A model generated the notes under the pieces. It did no database searches. It was given only the letters and a program-made list of their open reading frames with translations, and was not told the DNA's origin. The translations under genes and the position numbers were made by a program. Shown here piece by piece: positions 19,676 through 33,900 of a stretch of DNA of 64,000 nt; the stretch's first letter is position 1, and every line of letters starts with the position of its first letter. Origin of the DNA: Haplodiscus bocki (Eukaryota); NCBI GenBank assembly GCA_965655095.1, contig OZ296649.1, forward strand, positions 103,974,001-104,038,000. The letters are read 5' to 3'.

Positions 19676-20079
19676 TTTGAGTCAAAACCAGAATTGGAGA
19701 TATTCAAGCAGCGTCAAGTAAAGTAAAGTAAATGTCGTGAACGTCTGCGGTTTTTTGACGCAGTTTTTGAGCAAGATCCGACGACAAAACTCCATTTTCT
19801 ACACAATCTAATATTCAAGTCTGCGAATTTGAGAACTCGATACGTAGACAAGACAATTTTTTGTCAAAAAAAAGTCTGCCTTGGAAACAAATTTTTATTA
19901 ATTTCTTTTTTTGAAGAGTCAATTCGGTACTTGAGGTTTTGGTCAGCTGGATACTTTGGAAATTGGTGCTTCGTAAGTGACCGAGTATTCCAACTCTTGT
20001 TGTACACAGTATCTGGGACGAGAACAAACGGTACTTTGTCAGGACGATTGACCAATGACGGGAGGAGTAACGACTTTCA

Positions 20080-21249
20080 TTACTTGCGAGCCTTTCTCGG
20101 ACGCCAGAATGTCTCTTCTTTGCTTCCAAGTGGTTATGCTTGGACATAGCCACCGAACTTCGCTGTGAAATTTAGCCGAGTGATGTTTTGTTTACGCTTT
20201 GCTGGTTTACTTTGAGCAGACTTGCTATGCACTCGCAGAGAAACCGGATAATCTCTTTTTACAAGACCGAAGGAAAAACGTTTTGCATTTGAGCGAAAAT
20301 GATTGGAACACCTGGACAGTAGAGGGGCTCTGTTTGTTCATCGTCCAAAGTTTTTAAAAATTTCAATCGATCGGAGATATAAAATTTTGATGGGATGGAT
20401 CCACTGTTTGTAGATAAGGTAATCTATAGTCTGTACCCGACGACAAACCATATAATAAAAGACCGTAGGGAACTAACGTTGCCTCTCGATACCTTTCAAT
20501 TAACTTTGATCTATGACCCAAATGTGCATTGATTGTAATGACTTGGATCACATCACGGGGAAATTTGAATTGAGCAAGGTGCCTTTTTGGATTTCAACGT
20601 CTCTTCCTAGTTTACTTTGATTAAACAATTTGTGCTGAATGTAAACAGTACCTAATCCGCGATGTTTTCCAGTGATCGCAATAAAAACAAAAGTTCTTGA
20701 ATTGCGAAAGCTCTTCACAAGAATTGTCAAAGACTATCAAATACCTTTACTGTTGTGTTTTAGCGAAACAATAAATTGGAAGTTCACACTTTGAACGAAC
20801 TGTAAACCTTCAATTCGTCTTTGCAAAACATAGTACAGTGGCTGGGAATGTTGATAGAAGAAGTAAATTTTGTCAAACGGTGCTTTAAACGTTCCAATTT
20901 TGAACCAAATTTAAACAGGTTGTGAATTTACCGTCTTCGACGGACCAACTGATTATATAAAGATGCGTTTTTTTGGAGAAATTGACCTGTTCATAGTCTT
21001 GGCGAGAGTGAGTTGTATCCTGCTGCACTACACAAAATTGCCACCCGAACAGTTGATTTGTCAGAGGTTTTCGAAAGGTGAATTTTCTAAAACAACCAAG
21101 CGTAATCAACAAAATTATCAAAAGTTGGGAAGAAAAACAATCGGAGATCTAGAACAAGTTTGTCCTAAACAGGCCCACAATTTTCTCTCTTGATTGTTGC
21201 CGTCAGAGGCATTTTTGCCCAGGTTAACATTTTCTTGTTGGTCAATCAT
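20080..21249 (-). pseudogene. Packaging ATPase and upstream two-TM gene remnants (copy B)
   Basis: GPSKTVN (decayed Walker A), GKHRGLGTVYIQHKLFNQSKLGRDVE; TM gene at 20991-21249. Confidence 0.85.
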
Positions 21250-21352
21250 CTAGTTTTTACGCTCAATGTCTCAATTTTCAGTATTGAAAAAAAAACAAAC
21301 AATTTGAATAATTTTTACGTAGACACAAACAAGACATAATACAATACAAATT

Positions 21353-23225
21353 TTACACTTTCAAGTGCTCCATTGTCCATTCACCAAACAACTTCGCACA
21401 GTGAAGTGTAGTTTTCCGTTGGAATGGGTAGCTGGAGCAAATCCACACTTGTTTATCTGATTCTACAGGCTCTTGAATTATGGGACAGCCATGATCATCC
21501 CAGTCTCCCACTTCTTTATCGAATAAACTGCTCGAAAGCTTGCATTTTGTTCTGTTCATTTTGTGAATTATTCAGCTTTTAGATCTTTTGGTCGAACGTT
21601 TTAGAGCTCATTGTAATCCAAACATCCACTGTTCCGCACAGTTCCAGTCGAATTTCTTGTACGCCAGAAAGCTTGTTCTGTGGGTCCGCACCTTTTATAG
21701 GACGAAATGGGTACCCCTGAGCAATCTCACTAAAAACATCCTAAATCCTTTATAACGTTTCAATCTGCTAGCTCAAAATCTAGTACAAAGCAAGACAAAC
21801 TGCTTCAAAAGTCAATAGACCTGAAAATGGAAGGCGGAAACAGTTTTTCGTACAAGCAGAAGCCCGGTCACGTGATCAAGCAAACATGAATTGGGTCCTT
21901 GCTCAACCATGTAACAGTAGTCACGCCCTTTACCACTATGTACACTGCTTGAGCAGCATCATGTAGTTTTTCATGTACTCAGATTACCATGGATTGACGA
22001 AATAAGAACTCCAAGTTCCAGTTACCATAACCATGGATTCCACCAAACATAAGTTTTTGATCCGTCTTATGTAAAATAGATTAAGAATCCAAACGGAAAC
22101 ATGCACTGAAGTTTTTTAATCCCAGATGCAATCGGAAATTGCTCGTTAGAAAGTCAACATCCAGTTCTGCAAAAAATTTTTTTTGCGACACTTGTGTTAT
22201 CCAGTACAACGCACCGCTTGAAATTTAAGTCAAAGTAGCTCAAGGGCAAGATTCGTTTAGAAGGAAGTTTTACAATTTCCGTCAGTTTTCGTTCAATTTC
22301 CGAATCTTTCAGATATAAGATGTTTTGGCAGCGGTATACGACAATAATCAACTTGCCTGTATCTGTCTGTTAGTTCACACATACCTCTCCTACCGTTGTA
22401 TATCGTCCATTTTAGACAAAACATTTCACTGTTTGAGTCAGTTTTGTTAATATCTGGCAGCTGTTGCATTTCTACTAGACTTAATGGAATTTTCTGGCGG
22501 AATTTCTTGGTTTTGAAAATTTTACATAACAAAATCCCCATTTTGATTCTAAGTTGAGAAAGAAGTTTCTACCACCTCCAGTGTTCCAGCTCCTCCTGAC
22601 TTGAATAGAAGGAAAAACGATTAGGAGTAATTAGTGCCTATTGGTTTTTATTGGCATTACAAATGGGTTTCTGAGTAATAACTTTAGCATATACAAAATT
22701 CATTACATCAAGTAGATAGATAATTTCTACAAGTTTGTATATCACATAGACAATTTGTTGAAATTTCTCGTCCTCCTTCTTCCTTGCCAGTAATCAGAAC
22801 TGAGCATATGAATTTTCCGGCCAGTCCACATTGTACCGCAGCAGAGTCACACAAAACTTTCCGTAGGGACGGTCCACAGCGTCAACCAACCTGTGAGCTA
22901 GTATAAGTTGTTCATCCCTGTCTTTGGACATTGTTGGTATCAGCACAGGGGACATTTTTTTTCTCCATCAAACTTTTCTGCTGCAAGGACCAGCTGATTC
23001 CTCAAGCGCATGAATTTTCTGAAATCTGCCTCTCCCAATGTAAAATTATAGACACGCCGAAAGTCTTTGTTGTTAACTTTCTTGATTACTTTAAGTTTTA
23101 CATCCAAGTATCTGGAATCGTTCGTGGAACAAGCAAATTGACCAAATCCGTCTTGACATTTTCCGAAGTCCACATAGTTGGTATAAGGGAGTTTGTTCAA
23201 GGGAGCAGTACTGTTGTATGTTAAC
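21353..23225 (-). pseudogene. DEDD exonuclease, PLA2-like and two PC4-like gene remnants (copy B)
   Basis: Colinear with 5055-6990: YVDFGKCQD, VEMQQLPDI, LHDAA, HGCP...LHCAK fragments. Confidence 0.85.
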
Positions 23226-23520
23226 AGGTTTGGTCATTGAGATAGTACGCAGGTAGTTGCGAGAAGTGATTTGTTTTTGAGAAGGAAAGTTAAGGAATAA
23301 CTTTGGTGCTGCAAGTTATCTCTTAAAAACGTTTCTCTTTTGGTCATGGTCACGTAATTTTTCCTTAATTAGTCAATGTCACGTGATGTTTCCAAACGAA
23401 GAGATTCTTTCCTTTTTTGGTCACTGTCACGTGATAAAACTTCTCTCCAAAAGCTTGTACAAAAAATTGTAAAATTTCGTTTTTCAGACTCTACTGTTCA
23501 GAGGACATTTCAGCAATCAG

Positions 23521-24130
23521 ATGGCAGCTGTGATTATACAACTGACACCCAGCGTTTATGCATGCTTCTCAAAAAACCGTTTTTTTTATTTCTGCAAACG
23601 AATAGGAAAAATATATTGTGTGAAGAGCACTGTATAGCTTACCAGGATGACAAATTAGGCTTTCTACCCAACTGCAGATACCAAATTCTACTCATAGGAG
23701 ACATTGATGGTTTGCTTCAGAAATGGGACGAATTTTGTTTCACATATCAATACGTGGACTGTCTCTATAGAATCTTCAAGTACCGATTCGACAGAAAAGT
23801 TGTTACCACGAGTCGACAAGTTTTTGATATTGTGCAATGGGCAGTCTACTTTAACCAAAGGAACAAGGGAGTGGACAAAATACCCAGCATTGCAAAAAAA
23901 GAGACTCTTCAGAAAAAAGCACAAGAAGCATTTATTGAGCTCCTTCCAACAAACAAAATCAACGCAAGCAGCTGGATCACTATTTGCAGAAAAAAATGAG
24001 CTAGATAAAAAGACTGAAGTTGAAGAAAAGTAAGAAAAACGGTAGAATAGTTTTTAAGCAGTTATGGTAGTTTTGATTGTCATTCATTACTTTTTAGAAT
24101 AAAACATAAACTAACCCTTTTTTTGCAGAG
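23521..24130 (+). pseudogene. Homolog of 4144-4770 (copy B)
   Basis: HCIAYQDDKLGFLPNCRYQILLIG...YVDCLYRIFKYRF. Confidence 0.85.
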
Positions 24131-24339
24131 CAAAGATGTCTTAAAAAATGAAGTGGTAGTGTAAACAATATAGCCATCACAGCCAGCATCATTCCCACAT
24201 CAATTAAGAAAATAACGTATGAATAAACTGCACAAATTATCAGAGAGAAAAAAGTTGTAAACTCCTCAATTTCTTTTATTTTAGCCATTTTTATGCTAAG
24301 CATTGGAAGACAATCAGGTAATCAAACTTTGAAACAAAA

Positions 24340-24780
24340 TTTTTATTACATGTCAGATTTCGAATTCAAAGTTTTTCGTGTTGTTAGGTTTTGAATTCAC
24401 AAGTTTACAACGCGTCAAATTTTGATTTGAAACTTTTACTACACGTCAGATTTTGAATCAATATTAACCAAAAATTTTGCCACAAAATATCACAAATCAG
24501 ATTTTTGAAACGTTATTCAATGCAACAAGGACGTTTTGATTCATTTTACCACGAGAAAACGACAAGTTTTGCAATTTATGTGCATTTCGGAAAGCATGAT
24601 TCTGACAAGAATTCTTTTTAAAGAAATAAGTTTTTGAAGAACACAATTCACAGCTTGTCAGGTTTCGAAACATAACTTTTTGATTTGACAGACTCTGAAT
24701 TAAAAATCCGACAAGGCGTTGGATTCTGGAACAAGCTTTTTAAAACGTGTAGGATTTACAGATAAACATTTCTAGTTTTC
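24340..24780 (-). repeat. Decayed ~30-bp array (inverted homolog of 3495-3915)
   Basis: ACAACGCGTCAAATTTTG / ACACGTCAGATTTTG units. Confidence 0.75.
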
Positions 24781-24799
24781 GAAAAAAACGTCTTATCTG

Positions 24800-25056
24800 A
24801 ATCTACCACATAAACTTTTGACATCGTTTTGTCGTTTTTCTTCTTAACACCAAGAGCAGTCACACCCTCCAATATCCTCATCTACGAGATAATAGCAACC
24901 ACCGTTCAAAAAAAACCTTTGTACTCATTTTCGCAACGATTTTTGAAGCTGCTTTTATTCTGCTTTGCGCTTTTTTCTCAGTATAGACTCTATTTATGCG
25001 AAAATTAGGTGCCACTAAAATTGCTACAAAAACAAATACTGTTTGTATCTCATACA
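24800..25056 (-). pseudogene. EGF-like gene remnant (copy B)
   Basis: Reverse strand gives MYEIQTVFVFVAILVAP, CENEYKG, LNGGCYYLVDEDIGGCDC. Confidence 0.85.
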
Positions 25057-25154
25057 TATATGACTAGTTTGAAAAAGTAGTGTGATGTTAATGAAACCTT
25101 TTATTTAATTGCAAATAATATCACACACACACACGCACACGCACAGACACTATA

Positions 25155-27021
25155 AATTTTATCAAACAAAGTCCTATAAAAAAAATTCCGGGACTTCTTC
25201 AATCCGTCTTCCAAAGAGACAATATCTGAGCAACCTGGGAGGTTCAGTGGGACGTTCAGACACTGGAGTTGTTGGACGAGATCTCTCGTTGTCTTCCTGC
25301 TCATCCAACATTATCAGATTTCCGGATGATCCTCCTTCTCCCGTCTACAGGTCGTTAAAAACTGTTGGTGAAAAAGAAGCATCTATCTCTGATTTAAAGA
25401 CAGCTTCCCACTCCACCTGAGGATTTTCCCAGAAGACATCAATTTGTTCCGAGTTCGATAACTCATAACCGCTGGTATCAATATCTTGAGCTCCGGCACT
25501 GGCAAGAACCTCCTCCTTCATTTCAAATGTTCCTTGTTGGTTGCGAGTGATTTGCACTTGGGCCATATGAATGTCCAAAAACTCTTACCTTTGGGACAGC
25601 AACTGGCAGAGGGTTCCACAGGGAGCTCAACGTCTTTTGCTGGACGAAATCTTTTACAGTCAGAATAACAGAGTCTGGACCAAAGTCATGAGACCACTGG
25701 ATTCCTTCGTTGGAAACTGCGAAGTTCATAATGCTTGAGTGTTAGGTGAAAACCTATGAAGTGAATCAAACTTTGGAAGTCTACCTCAGTGCCTTAGTCA
25801 ATGGTAGCTCAACAACTTTAGACCATATGTGGAGTGATTTTGTCCTTTTTTGTCAGGTTCGGTTGCAGTAGATTGTAGTTGGTGGAGAAAATTCTTCGAT
25901 TTGGTGGAGATGGCTTTTTGCAGTCGCGACTTGTTTTTTGCAAAGCAACATGTACCATCTCCATAAAGTCAATGTTGTCTTTTGTTTCTCGAGTGAAATA
26001 TTGAGCACGTGATAGCTAGCTTGAACTTTTACCGTCGGAAAAATTAGAGGGTGTATTGGCTGAAATGTACAAATAATCTTCCTTTTTACACTTTGGACAA
26101 AGCGCATCTCCATTAAGTTTTTGTATTTTGGTCTCCACACACAAATGGAACACTTTCTTCTGCTTTATTGGATTGAGTGAATTGGAGCAATATTTAATAT
26201 TTGTTTGTCAGGTAACAAGTTCATCTTTTTTGACAAATTGAAAGCGTGTTTCTTCTGTTTTTGTTGTTTCTAGGTACTCCGACAAAATAAATTGTACTTT
26301 GTAAACAAACGAATACGCTCCACACTTTTTACAACCACATATGGATCTGAAAAAACCTACATGAGCGTCCAGAAGCAGGCATTTCTCTTCGTTGATTCTG
26401 TTGTTGTGATCTGCCTAGATGTCATAGTTGCCATCACAAAATCGACACTTGTAACTGAAAAGATATCGGTTCCCGTAAAAACTATAAACTTCGTGATGGT
26501 TAATGTTTACAATCGCTGCAAAAACCATGAGTGTCCGTGAATGTCGATTGTTTTGATGGAAAATACACATTTGTTGTTTTGTTCGAAACGAAAAGATAAA
26601 CATATTTGACTGTTAGAAAGTTCTCGAATATCTTTATCGCACTGAGAAAAGAGGTTGTAATTTGAAAATGGGGAGATTATTTCAATTTTGGGTCTTGGTA
26701 AAGGAATCTGTGTGGGTTTGGTGGCTTATTCGTAGGCTTTTAGAAAATCACGGAAAATTCATAGTAGGACGACTATTTTTAAACTAGATATGGCTATTTA
26801 TTCATTGAGATCATATCGTTGCTGAGTTTTCTATGGCAAAATTTGAACCTTTTTATGGCGCTTTTGTTTTTGTTGGAACTTGTACTGACTTGAACAATCC
26901 AAAGATGAGATTGAAAAATGTCAAAAATCTTGTGATAAAAATACGAGCTACGTCTGTTTCGTCCAAGAAACTTTCCCGAAATTCTTCGTAGATTGAATAT
27001 AGTTTGCTCAAACTGTGACAT
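25155..27021 (-). pseudogene. Acidic protein, Cys-rich protein and first PC4-like gene remnants (copy B)
   Basis: Colinear with 890-3117: EVLASAGAQDIDT, GCKKCGA, SYFYHKIFDIFQS fragments. Confidence 0.8.
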
Positions 27022-27813
27022 AGTCAGACATTGACTATTTGTATTTCAAACAAATTTGCAAAATGATTTGATTCGTGGTCTTGAGGTAAAAGATATGCGG
27101 AGTTAGAGCTTCAACGCTAGTGAAACTTTTACCCAAGCAGATTTAATTTGTTCTCTTCAGTCAACTAGAAATGAAGCCGTGGTTTAGTGGTTAGAAGATT
27201 TGATTGGTTAACTATACAACTACAAGGAGTTATGTTGATAGTTACATGAATCGAACGTTTTAACCCCTCCATTACAGTCACTATGCAAAATTCAATGTTT
27301 GTTCCTTCCATGGTTCTGATTGACACTTTAATCAGAAAAACAATTGTTGAACTTGAACATTTTACTCACACAGTATGTCTCCTCAAGAGCGGAAATTGTT
27401 CCACTTGTTTATTTTTCTCAGGTTGTCGGCTTAGCAGGCGAAATTAGCCTGCTTGAATAATTTCCTCAGACAATCTGTCGCCTTATCCAGAGAACTTGAT
27501 CTACTTCTTTATTTTTTCAGACAATATGTCCCGATTTGAAAAAATAAAATGGTTCTTTATTCAACTTCTTCATCTGAGAAAATGTCAGCAGGGAATTGAG
27601 TGACATCTCCTTTCATTGTTATGTGGATCGACTTTTCTTTTTAAAGTCAAGCGAATCAATCTTCCTTTCTATGTTCTATACATGTGAGGAATAAACTATT
27701 GAATGCAACTTACTAAAAGTTAAAACTCACTTTTCCGATTGTATTTATACAATCAAGTTGCTGCAATCACTACGATTTTTTCAGAATTTTCTGTCAACAA
27801 CGTGTTAACGAAA

Positions 27814-30800
27814 ATGCCTTCTCTCATCCGAAAAGAATAAAAAAAATCTCCCAAAGATGTGGAACGCAGACACTTCAAAAACATACTGGTTCGACACAAG
27901 AAAAAAGGTTTAGTTGGAATGCTTTATTGTGCTAAATGTCCCAGCTTCTCAACACGTTGGCAGGATGATCTCAACTTTCACGTTGCGAACAAACATAGGT
28001 CTTTTCAACCCAACAAAATTCAAAAATGTCATTTTTTTAACCAAATTTTTACTGGTTTTTGTTCCTTACACAGACAGCAAATGCACAACACAACGCACAA
28101 AAATTATCGCAGAACAAAAATTTGGATGTGACACAGTTGGTGGGAGAGGTTGACAACGAGTGCTTCAAGGAAGAATAGGAAACATGCAAGCACTTTCTTG
28201 CAGACTCAAGGATGGAGAACGGTAGATATAGAGTCTTCAATGTCGCCATGGAGATATTGTATGCAAACACTTTGAGCCAGGAACTAGACACAACGTACGA
28301 GAAACAAATGTGCAGCAAATTTGAATATTGTATTTGGCTTTGTGCTCAATAATGTAGAAGATGGGACTTGTCGGTATTACTATGCACACGAAAAGAACAC
28401 CTTGATGAAACGATCAGAATTTGTGATGACCAAGTATGTTTTGGTAAAAATGAAGAATGTGTTTAGTAAAACTGATGTGATCGAAGCGTGCACAAACGAA
28501 CGAGCAAAAACAACTGAAAACTTTTACAAACTCACAGTTGTCACTGTTTTTGCTTTTCTACTTAGAGAAGTTTTTTGGGGTATAAAGACGCAGTACTGCC
28601 AAGGTCACTTTCAAAAGACCACACAGTTAAGTGTCTAACTTACGGAGAGATTACGAGAAAACCGTACAGTGGCAATCTAAGTCTCTTTAGAGATCTCGCC
28701 TCGAACTGGCATGAAAATTGGAGACTTGAGGAAGAACCTTCGAAAGTCTTCACACTCTCCCTAGAGAAAATTGGAGGAACCAATGCAGCAGGTTTCCAAG
28801 GTGTTTGCATGATAAATATTCCAATTGTGGAAAACTTGGTTCAAGTGAACATCTTCCTGTACGAAATAGACTTTGTTAATGAATCAATGATGGGAGAGCT
28901 TGTCAGAAAAATTGTTGGGAAACTTTCCAACTCTTCGACTATTACGTTACAACAGTCAGTTTTTTTGTCTTTGATATCAATGTACTCTCCGAAGTTTATC
29001 GCCGCCCATCGTGTTATACTTTCTTCAACAGAGCATGAAATTTGGATCATCATCTAAGGTTGTGAGGTGAAAGAGTTAAACATGTGTACTCCAAAAACAT
29101 GTATCAACTCCGTGAAACACTGTTTGAGAAATTTGACTCGTTTGGTATCCCTTATACGGAAAACCAAAAACTCTTTAGCAACATGGCCATTTTCGACTTT
29201 GAACCAATCTGTTAGGAAGATGAAAAATTCAACGATACCGAAACAACAATTTGAAAAGGGAAGCGCGTGGCAATTTCAGTATCGATTTTGTCCAACTTGT
29301 TGCCAGAACCGTTTGTCTTCTGCGCTCTATGTCCTGGTGACTTGATGTCGTCTTTCATTGAGGCTTTGGAGATTTTGGCTACGCAAAGTAAAGCTCAAAT
29401 GAAAATGAACTTCCTTCAAATTGAAACTGCAAGAAGAAGTCAACTTGCACTTAACATGTTAACTCTAAATCAACATCGCAGTCACTGCGTTGGTTTTGAA
29501 GTGGGAGACGGTAATTCCAGAAACAGCTCAACACAGTTTCTATGAATACAGAAAAACCAATTCAAAAACATGCAAGAATGTTCTGAGAGATTTTGCATTA
29601 CATTACTAGTCTTTGGTTTCAATAGCGCGAGGTGAGACATCAACCTTATCAAGAGTTCCTTGCTACCTATTTTCGCAAACGAGCGAGACATTGAACCGAT
29701 TGTTATCAAGAAAGCCAACGATTGTGTTTCCATCGAATTTGGAAATTTGCAACTTTTTGACAATTTAAACTTTTTCGGAGGTACTATCAACCATGATTCA
29801 TTCCTTACAGCCTAAAAACCTCAGAGACTGAAGGAATCTTCCATACAATTGGTTCAACTGTCCAAATAAATTCAACAACAAAAAACTTCCTCCTCACGAA
29901 GTCTATCACAAGAAACTACGAAATTGCCGTTCTCTTTAAAAAGAGTATTTTGACTACAAGAATCTGACTTTCAGTGGTTTCACGACAGAATCTGCACTGA
30001 TAAAAATCAGACCTTTTGAAGTACCAGCTAACGGAGCAGAGAACTATTCCTACTCGCTGAAAGTGTGAGAGCAGGAAAAAATGCAGTCTTTTACAGCTTT
30101 CTTTGCGTTGGTACAATAACAAAGACCACGTTCCAACATTGGACACAATGCAGAAAATGATCGAGTTTTATTACAACAAAGACATCGATAAGCTCAAGCT
30201 TGGATGTACAATACCTCAGCTGGCCAACATTTGTCTGCACAGTTCTGCCAAAGCAATTTTTATCCATTCACAGAAAGCGACGAAGACTTGCTTTCAAAAT
30301 TTTGTGAAGAAAAAAATGGAGGAACGTCAGTCCCGTTTACACGTACAGCTGTTGTAGACGCGACTCACATCCGCACGTCCACTGTTGTAATTGCATATCG
30401 ATTGTTGTAATAGATACAAGCCAACTTTAACCTTACTCAATGTGTCAACAAATGCGTACAGGACTGTACACAAGTTATGAGTGTGATGCAGATTTGCAAA
30501 GATTCAAGCCCGTCAAAACAAATCTAGAAGTTTCGAAAATAAGGTCATGTCGTACTTTCAACGAAAGGGACTGAACTGTAGAATTGGGAGTTTTTACACA
30601 TTACGAACTCTGAAAAACATTGATTGTTTCAATGCAGTTGGGTTTTGTAGACATAGCAACACAGTGTTTCAAGCAATGGGTTGTTTCTATCTTTACTGTC
30701 CCTGTCAAAAAGCACGACCTGCTCTAACTGAAGAAGAAATTCAACGTGGAATGAAGACGAGCAAAAGGAATGAAATGCGGAAACAGTATATTGCTGACAA

Positions 30801-32135
30801 AGGTTACACTGTTGTCGAAATGTGCGGATGTGAATCGTGGAAACAGTACAATTTTGATGTATCAGTGAAGGAACAATTGAGGGAATCGTTCGCATACAAG
30901 CATCCATTGGATCAGGACCAGTTATTGGAAAAGATAAATCCATGCGCATTGTGCGATTACTTAGAGTGTGAAATCAAAGTTCCAGAACATATAAAAGGAA
31001 AATTTGCAAAACTTCCCGCCACTTTCCAAAAATACCAACGTATGTAGACATGATATTGGACCATTAAGGCAGGAGTATGCTGAGAATAAATAGTTAATTC
31101 GCAACTGCGGCGACTGTTACTTTTTACCTTTGAGCTAACCAATGGCCCTATCATTACGCCCCTGCTACTATTTTACTTGGACCTGGGACTCGTGCTCAAA
31201 AACTTATCGCTTCGTTGAGTACACTCCTGTGAAATGCACTAACAGTTTTGTGCAACCCCTTTGTCAATGCTCTTCGTCAAAAAGACGAGAATCCCAACTC
31301 CAAGGTTGTTGCAGAAACCTTGAAGTTGCTTGCAAACAGCTCATATGGCTATCAAATTATGGACGGCAGTCGCCATTCGATTAAAAAGTAAACGAATGTT
31401 GAAAAGACACATGAAGCGATCAACAAAAGAATGCTCAAGACATTGGGGCATATCAGCGATCAAATTCACGTGGTAGATCTTGTGAAACCTGAAATACAAC
31501 AAAAAAAAACAAACATTGTTTGACTCTATACCCTCCAGTGCTCTAAGTTGAGAATATTGGAGCTCTATTAAAACTTTTTCTCAGAAATCGCAATTTTGAC
31601 ATGTATGAGGAGATGCAAACGGATACGGATTTACTGTATTTGGCACAGGCAGAAAATACAACTGTATAATTGTATACGAAGTAAGAAAAGGCAAGAATTG
31701 GAAACGTTACGCAGCAAAAACTACAACATTTCGTTCCCTGCAGACGCTTGCAGCAATTTCTTTCCCCGGAAATGATGTACTCAACACAGAAAACAAGATA
31801 TAAAAAAACCTGGATTGTTCAAGGAAGACTTTCGATGCACTGAAATGTCGTGTTTGTGTTGCAAATAATACTGCTGTTACGATTCTCTCAGCAAGAAGTT
31901 AATTCAGCAGAAAGGGACTAAACAAGCGAACATTTGAAGACATCGGTGGCGGACCCAAGACAAAATATAGAAAAGTTTTGAACGAGACAAAAAAGGTAAT
32001 CTCTACCAGTCGTATTTTTGCACAAAGAAACTTTGTGTAGCAACTTACGAGCAGACAAAGAACTCATTCTCCTATTTTTATCTTAAACGAACAGTCGAGT
32101 GGAATGGAATCCATATTCTTCCATTAAAAGTATAA
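27814..32135 (+). pseudogene. Protein-primed family B DNA polymerase (copy B), fragmented
   Basis: N-terminal C2H2-like fingers (CAKCP...HVANKH). Exo motifs FDFE (~29190), GFNSA (~29615), YNNKD (~30110). Pol motifs IDTSQL*PY (~30410), KLLANSSYG (~31325), DTD (~31622). Vsr-like insert GCFY..CPC...CESW (30547-31047). Confidence 0.93.
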
Positions 32136-32227
32136 ATTCTACATATACGATTTATTTGTGATAGTTTATACACTATAATTTACTTTCTTGAACTTCAAAT
32201 CCATCTTCTTACATAGAATCGAGTTTA

Positions 32228-32950
32228 GAATTGTCAGCTCCTTTGATAAATTATCCACAGCCGTAACAAATTATCCGCAGGCGCTAGAAAGTAATCGCCG
32301 GCCTCTCAAAAACATCCTGACTCCATCCTCCCAGTTTCGAATCCCCGTAGGACCCCTCATCTACCCCCTTTTGTTCACACTATACAACTGGACCCCCATT
32401 CTATTAAAAATTCTTTCGCAACAAAACCCATAAATTCTTGGAGTAAATCCTATCTTAATCCATTGGGGTATGTTATTACATTGAGGTATCTTAATACATT
32501 CGGCTAATTGGGGACCTAGTCTCATTGCGTCAAAACGCTCAAACCCTACCTGGAGTGAGTCCTATCTTAATACATTGAGGTAGTTTACCCTATTCTAACA
32601 CATGGGGGTAACCTTATACATTGGGGTGTCTTAATTCACTGCGCTCTATCAGGAATGTACTCTCACAGTGCCGAACAGCTTGAGGTGAACCCTATCTGAA
32701 TACATTGAGGTATCTTATTACATTGTACATCTTATTGCATTACTATTATCTTCAGGTAGTGCCGCAAAGCCATACGGTTCCGAAAAACCCTACTTTTTCG
32801 CATTGACCCACACTTTAACATAGGAGCCGGAAAGGTACCTCTGACCTAAAACGCCGGTTTTAGGCTCAATTCGGCTCTTGGATCGATCTGGCCTACCTAA
32901 AAACATGAACGGACCAAACCCCCTTCTCAGCGACTCACTATATTACTACT
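32228..32950. repeat. Right TIR of copy B
   Basis: Inverted homolog of 14582-15695; ends CACTATATTACTACT. Confidence 0.87.
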
Positions 32951-33900
32951 CACTTTCAAATCACTGCAGATACATCATCCAAGAATACTCTTTACTATGA
33001 ACGGTGTCTGAACTTTTTACCATGATGGCCGTACTCCGTGACCTTTAGCAAGAGGTTTGGGACTGAAGGCATTGTACGGCATCACACTAACATCTTGGAA
33101 GTTATCTGTAGCTAAACGTCGAGCAATATTTTAAAAGGCGCGATAGTTTTCGACGACTGACCAAAATTTGGAAGCTATCAGCTCCAGATATTCGCATCTA
33201 CACCGGATGGTCCATGGCACCCATGTTTCAACCGGGAAAAGTTTGTGATCGTAAAAGCCCCCATTCTATCAAGTATGGTAAAACTATGTTCATTTGGTCG
33301 GTGTTACTTGTGACATCATTAAAGTTCGCTGCCGAGGGCTTATGTTGTTTTTTCTATGGAGAACATCTTTCCTTCTCTCCTAAATGACCACCGAGGAGAA
33401 GCAAAATCACTTTGCGTTTCGCCTAGGGCCATTTTTACGTTGCAGAAACTCTCCGTTATCTGCATGTGAACGTCTTTCTTGAAATCGTTACCACTACCTT
33501 CTCTTGTTTTTGAACAAGTTGTTGCAAAGCATTCGCGACATCGAAGAAGTTTTAAAATCCAGTGATCAATCAATCATCCAATCTTGTTTCTTGGGTCCTA
33601 TCGATTGAAGCGTCATGCTCGCTTTTCACTGAACAAGGGTTGAATGAATGTTCAGCTTTGAAAAACAAAAAGCGAATACGAAATTTTGCATGTTTTCATT
33701 CATATCTCCGAAAATGACAACGAGGCTGTCGATTAAACAATCCTATGACTTGTTTTAGTTCAGCTTGACAAAGTCGGTCTCCATTGGAAAACCTTGAATT
33801 TGCCTAATTTGATGTATTAAATGTTTCGGGTGCGACCCCTCTTCCTGAGTCTGTTGATGTAGCTGCATTTGCGTCAATGCCATTCGCAAATGGAAATGCC
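32951..33900 (-). mobile_element. Decayed CRE-clade-like non-LTR retrotransposon fragment, interrupted by copy B
   Basis: Minus strand gives HGCHGPSGVDANIW...KGHGVRP...KSIL...SDLKV, resembling the GPSGLDA / LDKxxGVRPIGIGE RT N-terminal signature. It stops at the Polinton terminus. Confidence 0.6.

Larger units (their letters stand above)
14582..32950 (-). mobile_element. Polinton/Maverick copy B, nearly full length (~18.4 kb), old and decayed, inverted relative to copy A
   Basis: Complete colinear homolog set of copy A on the minus strand, plus pPolB on the plus strand. TIRs at both ends; right end ...TATTACTACT at 32950. Confidence 0.93.

Noticed and set aside
1-32950. Interpreting copies A and B as one giant inverted duplication
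   Set aside because: They are too diverged, differ in TIR arrays and degree of decay, and copy B has its own TIR pair; independent insertions fit better.
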